Shown: positions 8,485 through 17,071, numbered from the stretch's first letter. The stretch is DNA of 26,200 nucleotides from Promethearchaeota archaeon (GCA_048939995.1 JBHLOY010000021.1:1-26200), one strand, 5' to 3'. The notes: generated by a model from the letters alone, not told the origin. Numbers and translations are program-made.

Positions 8485-9987
8485 CTATAATGGAGGATCA
8501 CTAACGAAACTTAAAGTAGTATTTACTCCCATGTTATCATGCCATATTGGATTTTGAATTATAGATAATGGCATTGGACGAACAGATGGTGGCCAAGTAG
8601 AGGCAAAAATAAAGGCATCAAAAATACTTCCATCATGATCTAAAACATCCCAAAACCAATGAAAGAACCATGAACCTGAAAACCCATCTGGATTCTTATT
8701 ATTTATATAATACCATGCTAATAAGTTCGAAGATGCGCTAACCATAATACAATTGTCTATTTCATACCAACTATTTCCAATGTTAGCATTTGCATTCAAA
8801 AAGTTACCACTAAAACAACAATCAACATTAATCATCATTCTCTGGCACTCGATATCCTTAACTAAATTAAAAAATTCGAACTCAGTAATAAAACTATTAT
8901 CTGCTTCGAAGTGGAAAGTAGCATTTCCATCTGGTAAGACTTTGTTTGATCCATGGTTACACATAAATATGATTAAATAATCTTCGGGATGTATACCAGC
9001 AGCAAAAGATCCTGTGTACGAAACATTTAACTCTTGCTTAAATCTTGCTGCTGTAACGCTATCATTTGCAACATCTATCACAGCGGGTATTCCATCATGA
9101 ATTAAATCATTAGCATAACTATCAAATAAGCTTATATCAATTATTCCATCTGCATCATCCTTATAATAGAGCATGAAAAAGATATTTTCATCTGTATAAC
9201 CATGATTTTTCAAAATCCAATAAACTTGTAGACCTTGAGCAGGGAATCCATCTGAGTTAATACCGGCAGGTGGAGGAGGTGTAGTAGGATTAGTAGGGTT
9301 TTTTAGATCCACTAAAACCCACTTATATATTTCAATATTATCGAAGTAAACAACGTGAATCATTGGGACAAAATTACTTACATTAATTCTCAAAGCTAAA
9401 GTTAAATCTGTGATTTCATTTTCAGTACCATTATTACACACGCCAGTAACATTTAATGTAAACCACTGGTTAAATTTCGAATTTTCATTAACAGACCAAT
9501 CTTCTCTTACTATTGTGTTTGTTGAGTCTTGCCAAATTAAACCAATTTCAACACCTTTTCCAATGGGATCTATTCCGGGATTCTGGATAAAAATATCAGC
9601 AGTCATATTATAAAAAGCATAATTGTATAATGGATAATAAATTGAAAAATTAAGTGTATATTGGCCTATAACATTTGGTGGACCAGAGCTCGTAATAGAT
9701 AAATTTCCATTTATTCCGCTTCTATATTCCCCAATACTATTCATGATATCATTATATGTCCAATTTCCCGGTCCTTTAATTGGGTTATCAAGGTTTGAAT
9801 CATGGCCTCCATTGAAATCATCCTCTGGTTCACTTCCAAAGAAATCATTAGCACTAGCACAGATAAGAGCCTTTCTCTGACCAATATATTCTCTACCAAA
9901 AGGAACAAAGATAAATATTAATCCCATAGTTAAACCAACTATAATAACTATTATAACAGCAAGCGCAATTACTTTTTTCTTCTTCAT
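8485..9987 (-). CDS. Membrane-anchored clan CD cysteine peptidase (C13 legumain/GPI8-like, caspase-hemoglobinase fold) with an inserted beta-sandwich domain
   Basis: N-terminal KKKK followed by a hydrophobic anchor. First strand RKALICAS; helix VYWILKNHGYTDENIFFMLY (cf. legumain YQILxxxGIPDEQIIVMMY); catalytic dyad motifs LIIFMCNHG (His345) and INVDCCFSG (Cys391); later SASS and FSGSWFFHWFW. Confidence 0.8.
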   Translation of the reverse strand: MKKKKVIALAVIIVIIVGLTMGLIFIFVPFGREYIGQRKALICASANDFFGSEPEDDFNGGHDSNLDNPIKGPGNWTYNDIMNSIGEYRSGINGNLSITSSGPPNVIGQYTLNFSIYYPLYNYAFYNMTADIFIQNPGIDPIGKGVEIGLIWQDSTNTIVREDWSVNENSKFNQWFTLNVTGVCNNGTENEITDLTLALRINVSNFVPMIHVVYFDNIEIYKWVLVDLKNPTNPTTPPPPAGINSDGFPAQGLQVYWILKNHGYTDENIFFMLYYKDDADGIIDISLFDSYANDLIHDGIPAVIDVANDSVTAARFKQELNVSYTGSFAAGIHPEDYLIIFMCNHGSNKVLPDGNATFHFEADNSFITEFEFFNLVKDIECQRMMINVDCCFSGNFLNANANIGNSWYEIDNCIMVSASSNLLAWYYINNKNPDGFSGSWFFHWFWDVLDHDGSIFDAFIFASTWPPSVRPMPLSIIQNPIWHDNMGVNTTLSFVSDPPL

Positions 9988-10128
9988 AAATTTTCACGAT
10001 AATTGAATTTCTATTCTAATACTATCTTTTTTATTTTAAAATTATACCTTGAAGAAAGATTAGAAAATCTATCAATTTAAATATTAACTATTTTTCTCTA
10101 AATTGTCTATTTATTTTATAGTGTATTT

Positions 10129-10335
10129 ATGAATATAGATAAAGCTATTAAATTAGTCCAATCTGAAGGAAATTTAATTGAAAGGGCCAGGTTAGAAGCA
10201 ATTCTTTGGAATAAAACTCCTCAAAAGGAAATGCTTGAAAATTTATGTAAATTTCAAAAGAAAGATGGCGGTTTTTCCTATTGGGTCAAAGAAGTCAGTG
10301 CATTTAAAAGCTATAATCTTATAAAGCTGCTATAA
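10129..10335 (+). pseudogene. Truncated N-terminal fragment of a prenyltransferase/squalene-cyclase-repeat protein
   Basis: 68 aa. MNIDKAIKLVQSEGNLIERARLEAIL...LCKFQKKDGGFSYW carries a single QxxDGGF repeat and then stops, overlapping the 3' end of the convergent oxidoreductase gene by 6 bp. One repeat is too short to form an alpha/alpha barrel. Confidence 0.6.
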
Positions 10336-11715
10336 TAATAAATCCCTAATTTGGTTAGCGATTATTTTCCCCTGAGCTACAGCATCAACCACACTTTTAG
10401 AGCCAGTAACACAATCACCTCCTGCTAATACTTTAGAAACCGATGTGAAGAATTTATCATTCACTTCAAAAGTATTTGCCCTTGTAATCTTGAATTTGTT
10501 TTTATCAAACCCCTCTAAGTTTGGTTCTTGACCAATTGCCTCAATTATGTAATCCGCTTCTATTTTAAATTCAGAGTTATCAACTAATATAGGTTTGGGT
10601 CGTCCACTATCATCTAAGTCCCCTAATTTCACTTTCTGACAAATTGCGATCTGAAATTCGTTTTCAGTGCATACAAATTCAACTGGATTGGTTAAGTATT
10701 TAATAGGTATTCCCTCTTCTTCCGTATCCCTTATTTCAGCTTTTCCTGCGGGCATTTGCTCCTTCTCTCTTCGATATAATATGGAAGCATCTGCTCCAAG
10801 TCGTTTTGAGACACGGGCAGCATCAGTAGCTGTGCTTCCTCCTCCAATAACAATTATTTTTTTCGATTTAAGATTAGGAATCTCCTCTTTCAAATGAAAC
10901 CTTTTTAAAAAATCAATTGCTTGGAAAATTATTTGTGGTTCTTCTCCTGGTAATTCTGTCCATTTTCCCCTATGGGCCCCAATTCCAATAACAACCACAT
11001 TATAATCAGATTTGAGTAATTCTTGAACATTGAATTCCTCATCAACTCCCTTATTAGTGATGAATTTAATTCCTAACTTCTTAATATGATCTATCTCTTC
11101 TTTTAAAATTTTCCTTGGTAGACGGAATTCAGGAATTTCTGTCGCCATCATTCCCCCTAATACATTTAATTTCTCGAAGATCGTTGTTCTGAATCCAAAT
11201 TTCTGTAAGAAATATGCAACAGTTAAACCAAGAGGTCCTGAACCAATTATAGCTATTCTCTTTCCCGTATCCCTATCACACTTAAAATAATCTTTAGGAA
11301 GCTTGTAATGATCAACTAAATAGCGTTTTATTGTAGGAATTTGAATCGGATCTCCTCTTTTTCCTGCAGTACAATGCAGTTGACAATAACCTGGGCAAAC
11401 TCGTTCAACAGATCTCGGAAATGGATAATGTTCATAAATAATTTTTAATGCCTCATCGATATTTCCATCCATTATGTTTTTGATAACATCTCTGGAATTA
11501 CAGTGAGTTGGACAATATTTCATACAAGGTGGAGGTTTTATTTCAGGATCACTTTTTCTAAAACATTGATAACAACGTTCACACTCCTTTATTACTTCTT
11601 CAAGATTACTATAACCCAAGTTAACTTCTTTAAAGGAATTAAGTCTTTTTTCAATTGGTAAAAAATGACACTCTATAGCTTCTTTACTCCGGACTTTTCC
11701 CCTTGCCTCATTCAA
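10330..11715 (-). CDS. GltD/NfnB/SudA-family FAD- and Fe-S-containing NAD(P)H oxidoreductase (stand-alone)
   Basis: N-terminal RLNSFKEVNLGY, CERCYQC..PCMKYCP and RVCPGYCQLHC (two 4Fe-4S motifs). FAD site IIGSGPLG, then IPEFRLP. NAD(P)H site VIGGGSTATDAAR with YRR. C-terminal AGGDCVTGSKSVVDAVAQG. TTG start. Confidence 0.88.
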   Translation of the reverse strand: MNEARGKVRSKEAIECHFLPIEKRLNSFKEVNLGYSNLEEVIKECERCYQCFRKSDPEIKPPPCMKYCPTHCNSRDVIKNIMDGNIDEALKIIYEHYPFPRSVERVCPGYCQLHCTAGKRGDPIQIPTIKRYLVDHYKLPKDYFKCDRDTGKRIAIIGSGPLGLTVAYFLQKFGFRTTIFEKLNVLGGMMATEIPEFRLPRKILKEEIDHIKKLGIKFITNKGVDEEFNVQELLKSDYNVVVIGIGAHRGKWTELPGEEPQIIFQAIDFLKRFHLKEEIPNLKSKKIIVIGGGSTATDAARVSKRLGADASILYRREKEQMPAGKAEIRDTEEEGIPIKYLTNPVEFVCTENEFQIAICQKVKLGDLDDSGRPKPILVDNSEFKIEADYIIEAIGQEPNLEGFDKNKFKITRANTFEVNDKFFTSVSKVLAGGDCVTGSKSVVDAVAQGKIIANQIRDLLL

Positions 11716-11836
11716 TATTCAATCATCAAAAAATGACTACATCGAGAATAAATCACTTCGACAGATTTTGGCATATAACTAAATTTATATATATTTAGCT
11801 TTTGAAATAAAAACTAATAATTGAAAATTATTTAAG

Positions 11837-11844
11837 AAAAAAAA
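11837..11844 (-). terminator. Putative archaeal oligo-T terminator after the HdrD-like gene
   Basis: An A8 run on + (T8 on -) about 30 bp downstream of the HdrD-like stop codon. Confidence 0.3.
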
Positions 11845-11876
11845 TCCAAAGATAATAATAAAACTTAATAGATAAA

Positions 11877-13301
11877 TTATTTCTTTGGCTTCGGTAATGG
11901 TTCTGTCTCTCTAATGGATGGCGTTCGAAAATCTTTTTCAGTAGGCTTATTTATTATTTCTAAGAGATTATATTCAGTAATCATTTGTAGTACACCCATG
12001 ACTTTCATACCATGATTATATAGATCATTGGCGTCAGTTAGGTTTCTCCAACAAAATGGACATTCAGTTGTTAAGATATCCGCCCCTACAGCATTTGCTT
12101 CATCGCATCTCAAACTAGCAGTTCGTATGGAGAAATCAGGATAACCTGCCCGCACACCTCCACCAGCTCCACAACACATGCTATTTAATTTTATACGGTA
12201 CATTTCTTTAAAAATAATACCTACATCCTCTTCTAATTTTCGAAGAATAATTCGGGGAATTTCAAACCATTCTTCAATCTTCTGATTTATCTTACGCATA
12301 TCCATCATCAAGTTTTTACTCTGTTTAATAAGCTCCTGTTCAAAATCAACTCCAAAGTGTCGCCCTGTATGACAAGGATCGTGATATGTTACAACTTTTC
12401 CTTTTAATTCCTTGTTAGGTTTGAACTTAATCTTTTCTTGTTGAATTAATCGGGCAACTAATTCAAAAGCATGTTCGGTTTTGAAGGGGAGTTTTGAATC
12501 CTCAGCCATCCACTTCGGATAATCAATGGTAAAAGTTCTATAACAACCAGCACATGAGAAATATACCATCTCAACGTTCTTGAATGCTTCAAGATTCTTA
12601 TTCATTAACATTTGTGCTGTATTGACTTCTCCAACTCTGAAGAAAGGACTACCACAACACACTTCATCATCTACTAAGGTGAAATTCATTCCTAATGCTT
12701 CAAAAAGCTTCGCAGTTGCTATTGCAACCTCTACTTGGCGATAACTTGCTGTACATCCAACATAGTATGCAATTTTGGCTTCTTTATTATTAATAAATTT
12801 TTCCAATCCCGCGTCTTTAGCCCACTTCAAACGCTCATCCTTCTTACCACCATAAGGGTTATTTAGTTCCTTAACTAATTTATCAACTAGCTGATGTTTA
12901 TCAATCATTGGAATTCCTGCTTCTATACACGCGGCTCTTAAAGATTCGATGATATCGACAGTTGGTACTTTATTTTCGCATTGAGCAGAACACTGACCGC
13001 ATGTAATACAAGGCATGAGCACATCTCTTACTTCCTCTGAAAATTCCAAGTCTCCACTTAATATCGAGCGTGCTATCCAAATCTTTCCAGCATTCCAGAA
13101 AGCCTCCCAGCCATATTCAATCCCTGCAGGACATGCATCAACCATTCCTTCATAAAGAACAGTCCCTTGCTTACCTGTATATTCTCCAATTCCTTTTCTA
13201 TCAGGTTCTCCAGAATAAGCAAATCTACATGCCTTACAGTGAATACATTTAAATATTTCTTTTTTTAACCCTTCTAATCTTTCCATTCCTGTTTTTGCCA
13301 T
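11877..13301 (-). CDS. HdrD/GlpC/GlcF-like Fe-S protein (2x 4Fe-4S + two CCG domains)
   Basis: Ferredoxin motifs CIHCKAC...CP and CITCGQCSAQC. CCG motifs VGCTASY, EVCCGSP, SCAGCY, HDPCHTGR, CCGAGGG and ECPFC. A GGAGG RBS lies upstream, 19 bp from the stop codon of the flavoprotein gene. Confidence 0.9.
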   Translation of the reverse strand: MAKTGMERLEGLKKEIFKCIHCKACRFAYSGEPDRKGIGEYTGKQGTVLYEGMVDACPAGIEYGWEAFWNAGKIWIARSILSGDLEFSEEVRDVLMPCITCGQCSAQCENKVPTVDIIESLRAACIEAGIPMIDKHQLVDKLVKELNNPYGGKKDERLKWAKDAGLEKFINNKEAKIAYYVGCTASYRQVEVAIATAKLFEALGMNFTLVDDEVCCGSPFFRVGEVNTAQMLMNKNLEAFKNVEMVYFSCAGCYRTFTIDYPKWMAEDSKLPFKTEHAFELVARLIQQEKIKFKPNKELKGKVVTYHDPCHTGRHFGVDFEQELIKQSKNLMMDMRKINQKIEEWFEIPRIILRKLEEDVGIIFKEMYRIKLNSMCCGAGGGVRAGYPDFSIRTASLRCDEANAVGADILTTECPFCWRNLTDANDLYNHGMKVMGVLQMITEYNLLEIINKPTEKDFRTPSIRETEPLPKPKK

Positions 13302-13320
13302 TTTTTATAACCTCCTGTTT

Positions 13321-14805
13321 TTATGGAAGAGCCAGTCTTCCTGGATGAAGAATCATATTAGGATCGACAAGCTTTTTAAAAGCTCGCAAATATTTCCAGT
13401 ACATTCCCGACATGTAATATGCTTTAATATGAATATATGGATCTGGTCTATAATTAAGCCATCCCTGTTTTAAACCGTATTCTGTAGTCTCTCTGTTCAT
13501 ATCCTGCACTCGTTCAAAATCTTCTTCTTTTGTACTATCAAAACATACGATGGGCATACAAATTGCTTGTCTTCCACGTTCAATCGAAGCTATCCACATA
13601 ACTGGAGGAAATCCATACTTTTCCATCGCGTTGCAATACATTTCCGCAAAGTGAGCACATTCATTCCAAGGAGTATACCACGTGATAAATAGGAAGCCAG
13701 CTTCCCAGAATGAATAGGGAATCGCAATTTTGTTTGGTTTTTTTAATCTGCTTGCAATTTGTTTTGGATGGAGCTCTTGCGGTGCCATTGCTGCTCCGTC
13801 TTTTGCTCTATTTTCTTTGAAATCTTTAGCTTGTCTATTAATTACTTCGATGACATGATTTAATTCGCTTTCTTCTTGTGCCCAGATCTCCCAATTCATC
13901 CACCATTGTGGTATTCCCAATTCTTTATAGAATTCATAATCATGTGGTATTTTATCTTTTGGCCATCTTGCCATCACAAGTGGGTAATTTCCTCCTTGTA
14001 CCATTACTGTATGATGTGAAACACCAAATTCTTTCTTTGCAACTTCCAAGGTCAGATTTTGCATGTCATGAGGATTTGACATACCCCATACTATTACTGT
14101 TTTATATTTTGGATGAGGGTAAATTTTCACAGCAGCCTTTGTTATTACGCCTAACGTACCCTGGGATCCCATTAGGAAACTCCACATATCTGGTCCTATA
14201 CCATATTTATAGAACGGCTTCGCTGTAGGAAGTGCCCAAGAACCCGTTCGAACGACATCTCCATTAGGAAAGACTACTTCTCCACACATAAAATTATCAC
14301 CTTGTGGCCCTACTGAAGAAGTATAGAGTGAGAAACCTCTATCAATCGCATCCCCTAGAACAGTCGCTGCTGGAGGAGCACCATCTGGAATTGGTGGAGC
14401 CCAATCAGGATTATTTTTATGCATATAAGCCCATAAAGCGCCATTTGTAACACCCGGTTCTATAATACAATAACGATTTTCCTCATCGACTTCAATAATT
14501 CTATCCATTCTTCCTAGATCTAGAAGTACTCCACCTGGTCTAATTGTTGGACATGCAAATCCACCAGATAATCCTGCTGAAACTGGGCTGACTGGAATCT
14601 TTTCTGCTGAACAATAAATTAAAATTTTACGAATTTCTTCGACATATTTAGGTCTTACTACAATATCTGGAATTTGGGATTCTAATCCCATTACAGATTT
14701 AGCAAGATAAGAAGCTGTGATTGCTTTATTGTTGGTGGCATAATTTTTACCGACGATACCAATCATAGCTTCCAAATCTTTCTCATCTGGTAATTTATAG
14801 CTCAT
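13321..14805 (-). CDS. VAO/PCMH-family FAD-linked oxidoreductase, p-cresol methylhydroxylase (PchF)-like
   Basis: PCMH-type FAD domain: PDIVVRP, LLDLGRMDRIIEVD, IEPGVT, GDVVRTG, GSQGTLGVITK. Also GDAIDRGF, KYGIGPD, GWLNYRP and the C-terminal KKLVDPNMILHPG. ATG at 14805 is chosen over the TTG at 14826. Confidence 0.85.
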   Translation of the reverse strand: MSYKLPDEKDLEAMIGIVGKNYATNNKAITASYLAKSVMGLESQIPDIVVRPKYVEEIRKILIYCSAEKIPVSPVSAGLSGGFACPTIRPGGVLLDLGRMDRIIEVDEENRYCIIEPGVTNGALWAYMHKNNPDWAPPIPDGAPPAATVLGDAIDRGFSLYTSSVGPQGDNFMCGEVVFPNGDVVRTGSWALPTAKPFYKYGIGPDMWSFLMGSQGTLGVITKAAVKIYPHPKYKTVIVWGMSNPHDMQNLTLEVAKKEFGVSHHTVMVQGGNYPLVMARWPKDKIPHDYEFYKELGIPQWWMNWEIWAQEESELNHVIEVINRQAKDFKENRAKDGAAMAPQELHPKQIASRLKKPNKIAIPYSFWEAGFLFITWYTPWNECAHFAEMYCNAMEKYGFPPVMWIASIERGRQAICMPIVCFDSTKEEDFERVQDMNRETTEYGLKQGWLNYRPDPYIHIKAYYMSGMYWKYLRAFKKLVDPNMILHPGRLALP

Positions 14806-15007
14806 TATCCCTAACCTTTTTTCCAATCTACTTATTTTTTGATTTACGATATAAATTGATTATTTGAAAAAATTAAGTACTGAATTTTAAATTTGTTATA
14901 GGGTTTTTCAAAATAATGAGGATTTTTTCTTATAATTGCAATGATGAATTTTTATAAAGTGAAATAATATTTTAAAAATTCATAATAAAATCATTTTCTG
15001 AAACTGT

Positions 15008-15394
15008 TTAGGATGTAGACTGTAATAGTCCAGTGTTAGTAATAACATTTTTGATTTCTTGATGTAATTGTTCAATGCTAAATGGTTTTTCAATAAAAAC
15101 TTTTGCACCAATTGAAAGGGCTTGATTTTTGACGGAATTATCTGCACTTATAAATATAATATTTGAGTTTGAATTGATTTTGGTAAGCTCTATGGTAGTC
15201 TCGATTCCATTTTTAATAGGCATTCGATGATCCATTAAAATAATGTCTGGTTTAGTTTTTAGAGATTTAAATATCTCAATAGCCTCGTTTCCATTCCTAG
15301 CTTTTGCAATAACTTCATACCCTTGCATATCTAACATCAATTCATATAGCTTTTGCAAATAGACATCATCTTCCACGATCAAAATCGATATCAA
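15008..15394 (-). CDS. Single-domain response regulator (CheY-like receiver)
   Basis: ILIVEDD, PDIILMDHRMP (phospho-acceptor Asp), FISA and KPF. No output domain. Starts 1 bp after the kinase stop codon. Confidence 0.93.
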   Translation of the reverse strand: MISILIVEDDVYLQKLYELMLDMQGYEVIAKARNGNEAIEIFKSLKTKPDIILMDHRMPIKNGIETTIELTKINSNSNIIFISADNSVKNQALSIGAKVFIEKPFSIEQLHQEIKNVITNTGLLQSTS

Positions 15395-15395
15395 T

Positions 15396-16910
15396 TCACT
15401 CTGCCTCCGGTAATAGAATTACAAATTTACTTCCTTGAGAATACTCTCCCTTAAATTTATCCTCAACCCATATCTGTCCTCCATACACTGCTATAATTTT
15501 TTTAACTAGTGTAAGTCCTAATCCTAAACCCTTTATAATCCCTTTTTGATCATAACCTCTCTGAAAGACTTTTTCTTTCATCTCATCTGGAATTCCAATA
15601 CCATTATCATAGAATTCCATTTTCACATAATTTTTTCCATTAGATTTCTCTTTTGTTACGATGATAGTTAGCTCAATTATGGAACTATTATTGTATCTGA
15701 TACCATTTATTAAAATATTTTCAAATATATCCACTAATAACTCATTAGCATTCAAATATAATTTCTGATAGTCTGATTGGATGTCAATGTTAATCTTTTT
15801 GGTATAGAACGATTTTTTAACGTAATCCTTAGCATTATAAAGAATCTCAAGTATTTCGACTCTCTTTAATTGAGATTCAATTTCCTCAATTTCAGAGAGT
15901 TTTCTGATGTTTGAAATTAAATTTGTCCCTCTAATAATTTGGTCTTTAATTATTTCAATAAAGTTATCTGCTTTACGATTATTCAACTCCTCTAAAATAA
16001 GAGAAAGTAATTCAGTTGAAGATTGAATATTTTGAAAAATGTTATTTATATCATGAGCGAAAATATCTTTATAGAAATTCGAACGGTTATAAGCTTCACG
16101 ATATCTTTCCTGTGAAGCCTTTAACTTCTCTTCACTTTTTTTAAATTTTTGCTCAGAAATCTTTCTCTCGCTTATATCACGAACGATAGTAATAACCTGT
16201 TTAACCTTTCCATCAATAATAATTGGTATTTTTCTAGATTCTGTAAAATATGTTTTTCCATTAACTAAAGTTTCTTCATCTGTAATAAGGTTTTTTCCAG
16301 TTTTAAAAACTTGTTTATATTCATTTAGTACTTTTCTGGGAAGAAAAGGGAAAGCCTCATTTATTTTTTTACCTAAAACCTTAGTCTCAATGCCTATCAT
16401 TTCAAGCCATTTTGTAATAGCTGGATTAATAAGGATGATCTTCAAGTTTTCACCAACAACATGGATTGCATCTCCCATTGAATTAATAGTATTACGATAT
16501 TGTAGTTCTGAATCCTTTAATTTTTGTTGAGCTAATTTTTGCGAAGTTATATCTTCTGTGTACACAATAACAAAATTAGGGGGTAAAAATTTATAAGATA
16601 CATTAAGAGTTTTTTCATTCCCTGTGCTTTTATAAGTGTAGAACATTTGTTTTGAAAAATCTAACTTCTGGTCGAAGCATTTCTTCATATTGGTCACTAT
16701 ATCTGTGCTTTTATCAAATAAATCAAGTAATTTTGACCCAATATAATTTGATGCATTAGCTTCTGTAATTAATTCAGCAGCTTTATTACAAGCTATCAAT
16801 ATAAATTCATTATTCTCAATTTTCCAAATATAAGCAGGAATAGGAATAGAATTAAAGATTAATTTATAAATTCTAACACCTATGTCCATCCTACCTAACT
16901 TTTCGTTCAA
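15396..16910 (-). CDS. Cytoplasmic PAS-PAS sensor histidine kinase
   Basis: Two PAS/PAC-like segments ending in EDIT and RDIS. H box FAHDINN, N box NILINGIRYN, G1 DNGIGI, F box VFQRG and G2 GLGLGL. No TM segment. Start is TTG 16910 or ATG 16889. Confidence 0.93.
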   Translation of the reverse strand: MNEKLGRMDIGVRIYKLIFNSIPIPAYIWKIENNEFILIACNKAAELITEANASNYIGSKLLDLFDKSTDIVTNMKKCFDQKLDFSKQMFYTYKSTGNEKTLNVSYKFLPPNFVIVYTEDITSQKLAQQKLKDSELQYRNTINSMGDAIHVVGENLKIILINPAITKWLEMIGIETKVLGKKINEAFPFLPRKVLNEYKQVFKTGKNLITDEETLVNGKTYFTESRKIPIIIDGKVKQVITIVRDISERKISEQKFKKSEEKLKASQERYREAYNRSNFYKDIFAHDINNIFQNIQSSTELLSLILEELNNRKADNFIEIIKDQIIRGTNLISNIRKLSEIEEIESQLKRVEILEILYNAKDYVKKSFYTKKINIDIQSDYQKLYLNANELLVDIFENILINGIRYNNSSIIELTIIVTKEKSNGKNYVKMEFYDNGIGIPDEMKEKVFQRGYDQKGIIKGLGLGLTLVKKIIAVYGGQIWVEDKFKGEYSQGSKFVILLPEAE

Positions 16911-17012
16911 GATATCTTTATAAGTTAATTTATAATTCTAGCTATTTTAATGCCCAATTTTAGCCCGTTTTAAGTCTAAATAATAAATAAAAGATGGTTT
17001 ATTTAATGATTC

Positions 17013-17071
17013 GTATTAATACAGAATTTCTACAAAAGTGTAGAAATTGATTTTTTAGAAATTTTTTAGAA
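17013..17071. promoter_or_regulatory. Palindrome/inverted-repeat cluster in a divergent promoter region (putative regulator binding site or hairpin)
   Basis: GTATTAATAC (17013-17022, perfect palindrome), AATTTCTACA-aaag-TGTAGAAATT (17025-17048, perfect 10-bp arms) and the direct repeat TTTTTTAGAA (17051-17060, 17062-17071). It lies between the divergent kinase and Asp-box genes. Confidence 0.45.

Noticed and set aside
8485-9987. Calling the C13 protein a GPI8/PIG-K orthologue
   Set aside because: The topology differs (N-terminal anchor, no C-terminal TM), the Cys motif DCCFSG is generic, and no other transamidase subunits are nearby.
10330-11715. Assigning gltD (glutamate synthase small subunit)
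   Set aside because: No large subunit is adjacent, and the family includes NfnB/SudA/PreT-like proteins that cannot be distinguished by eye.
17025-17048. AATTTCTACAAAAGTGTAGA resembles the Cas12a repeat handle (AATTTCTAC...GTAGAT)
   Set aside because: It is a single copy with no spacers and no cas genes in the window, and is better explained as a simple inverted repeat.
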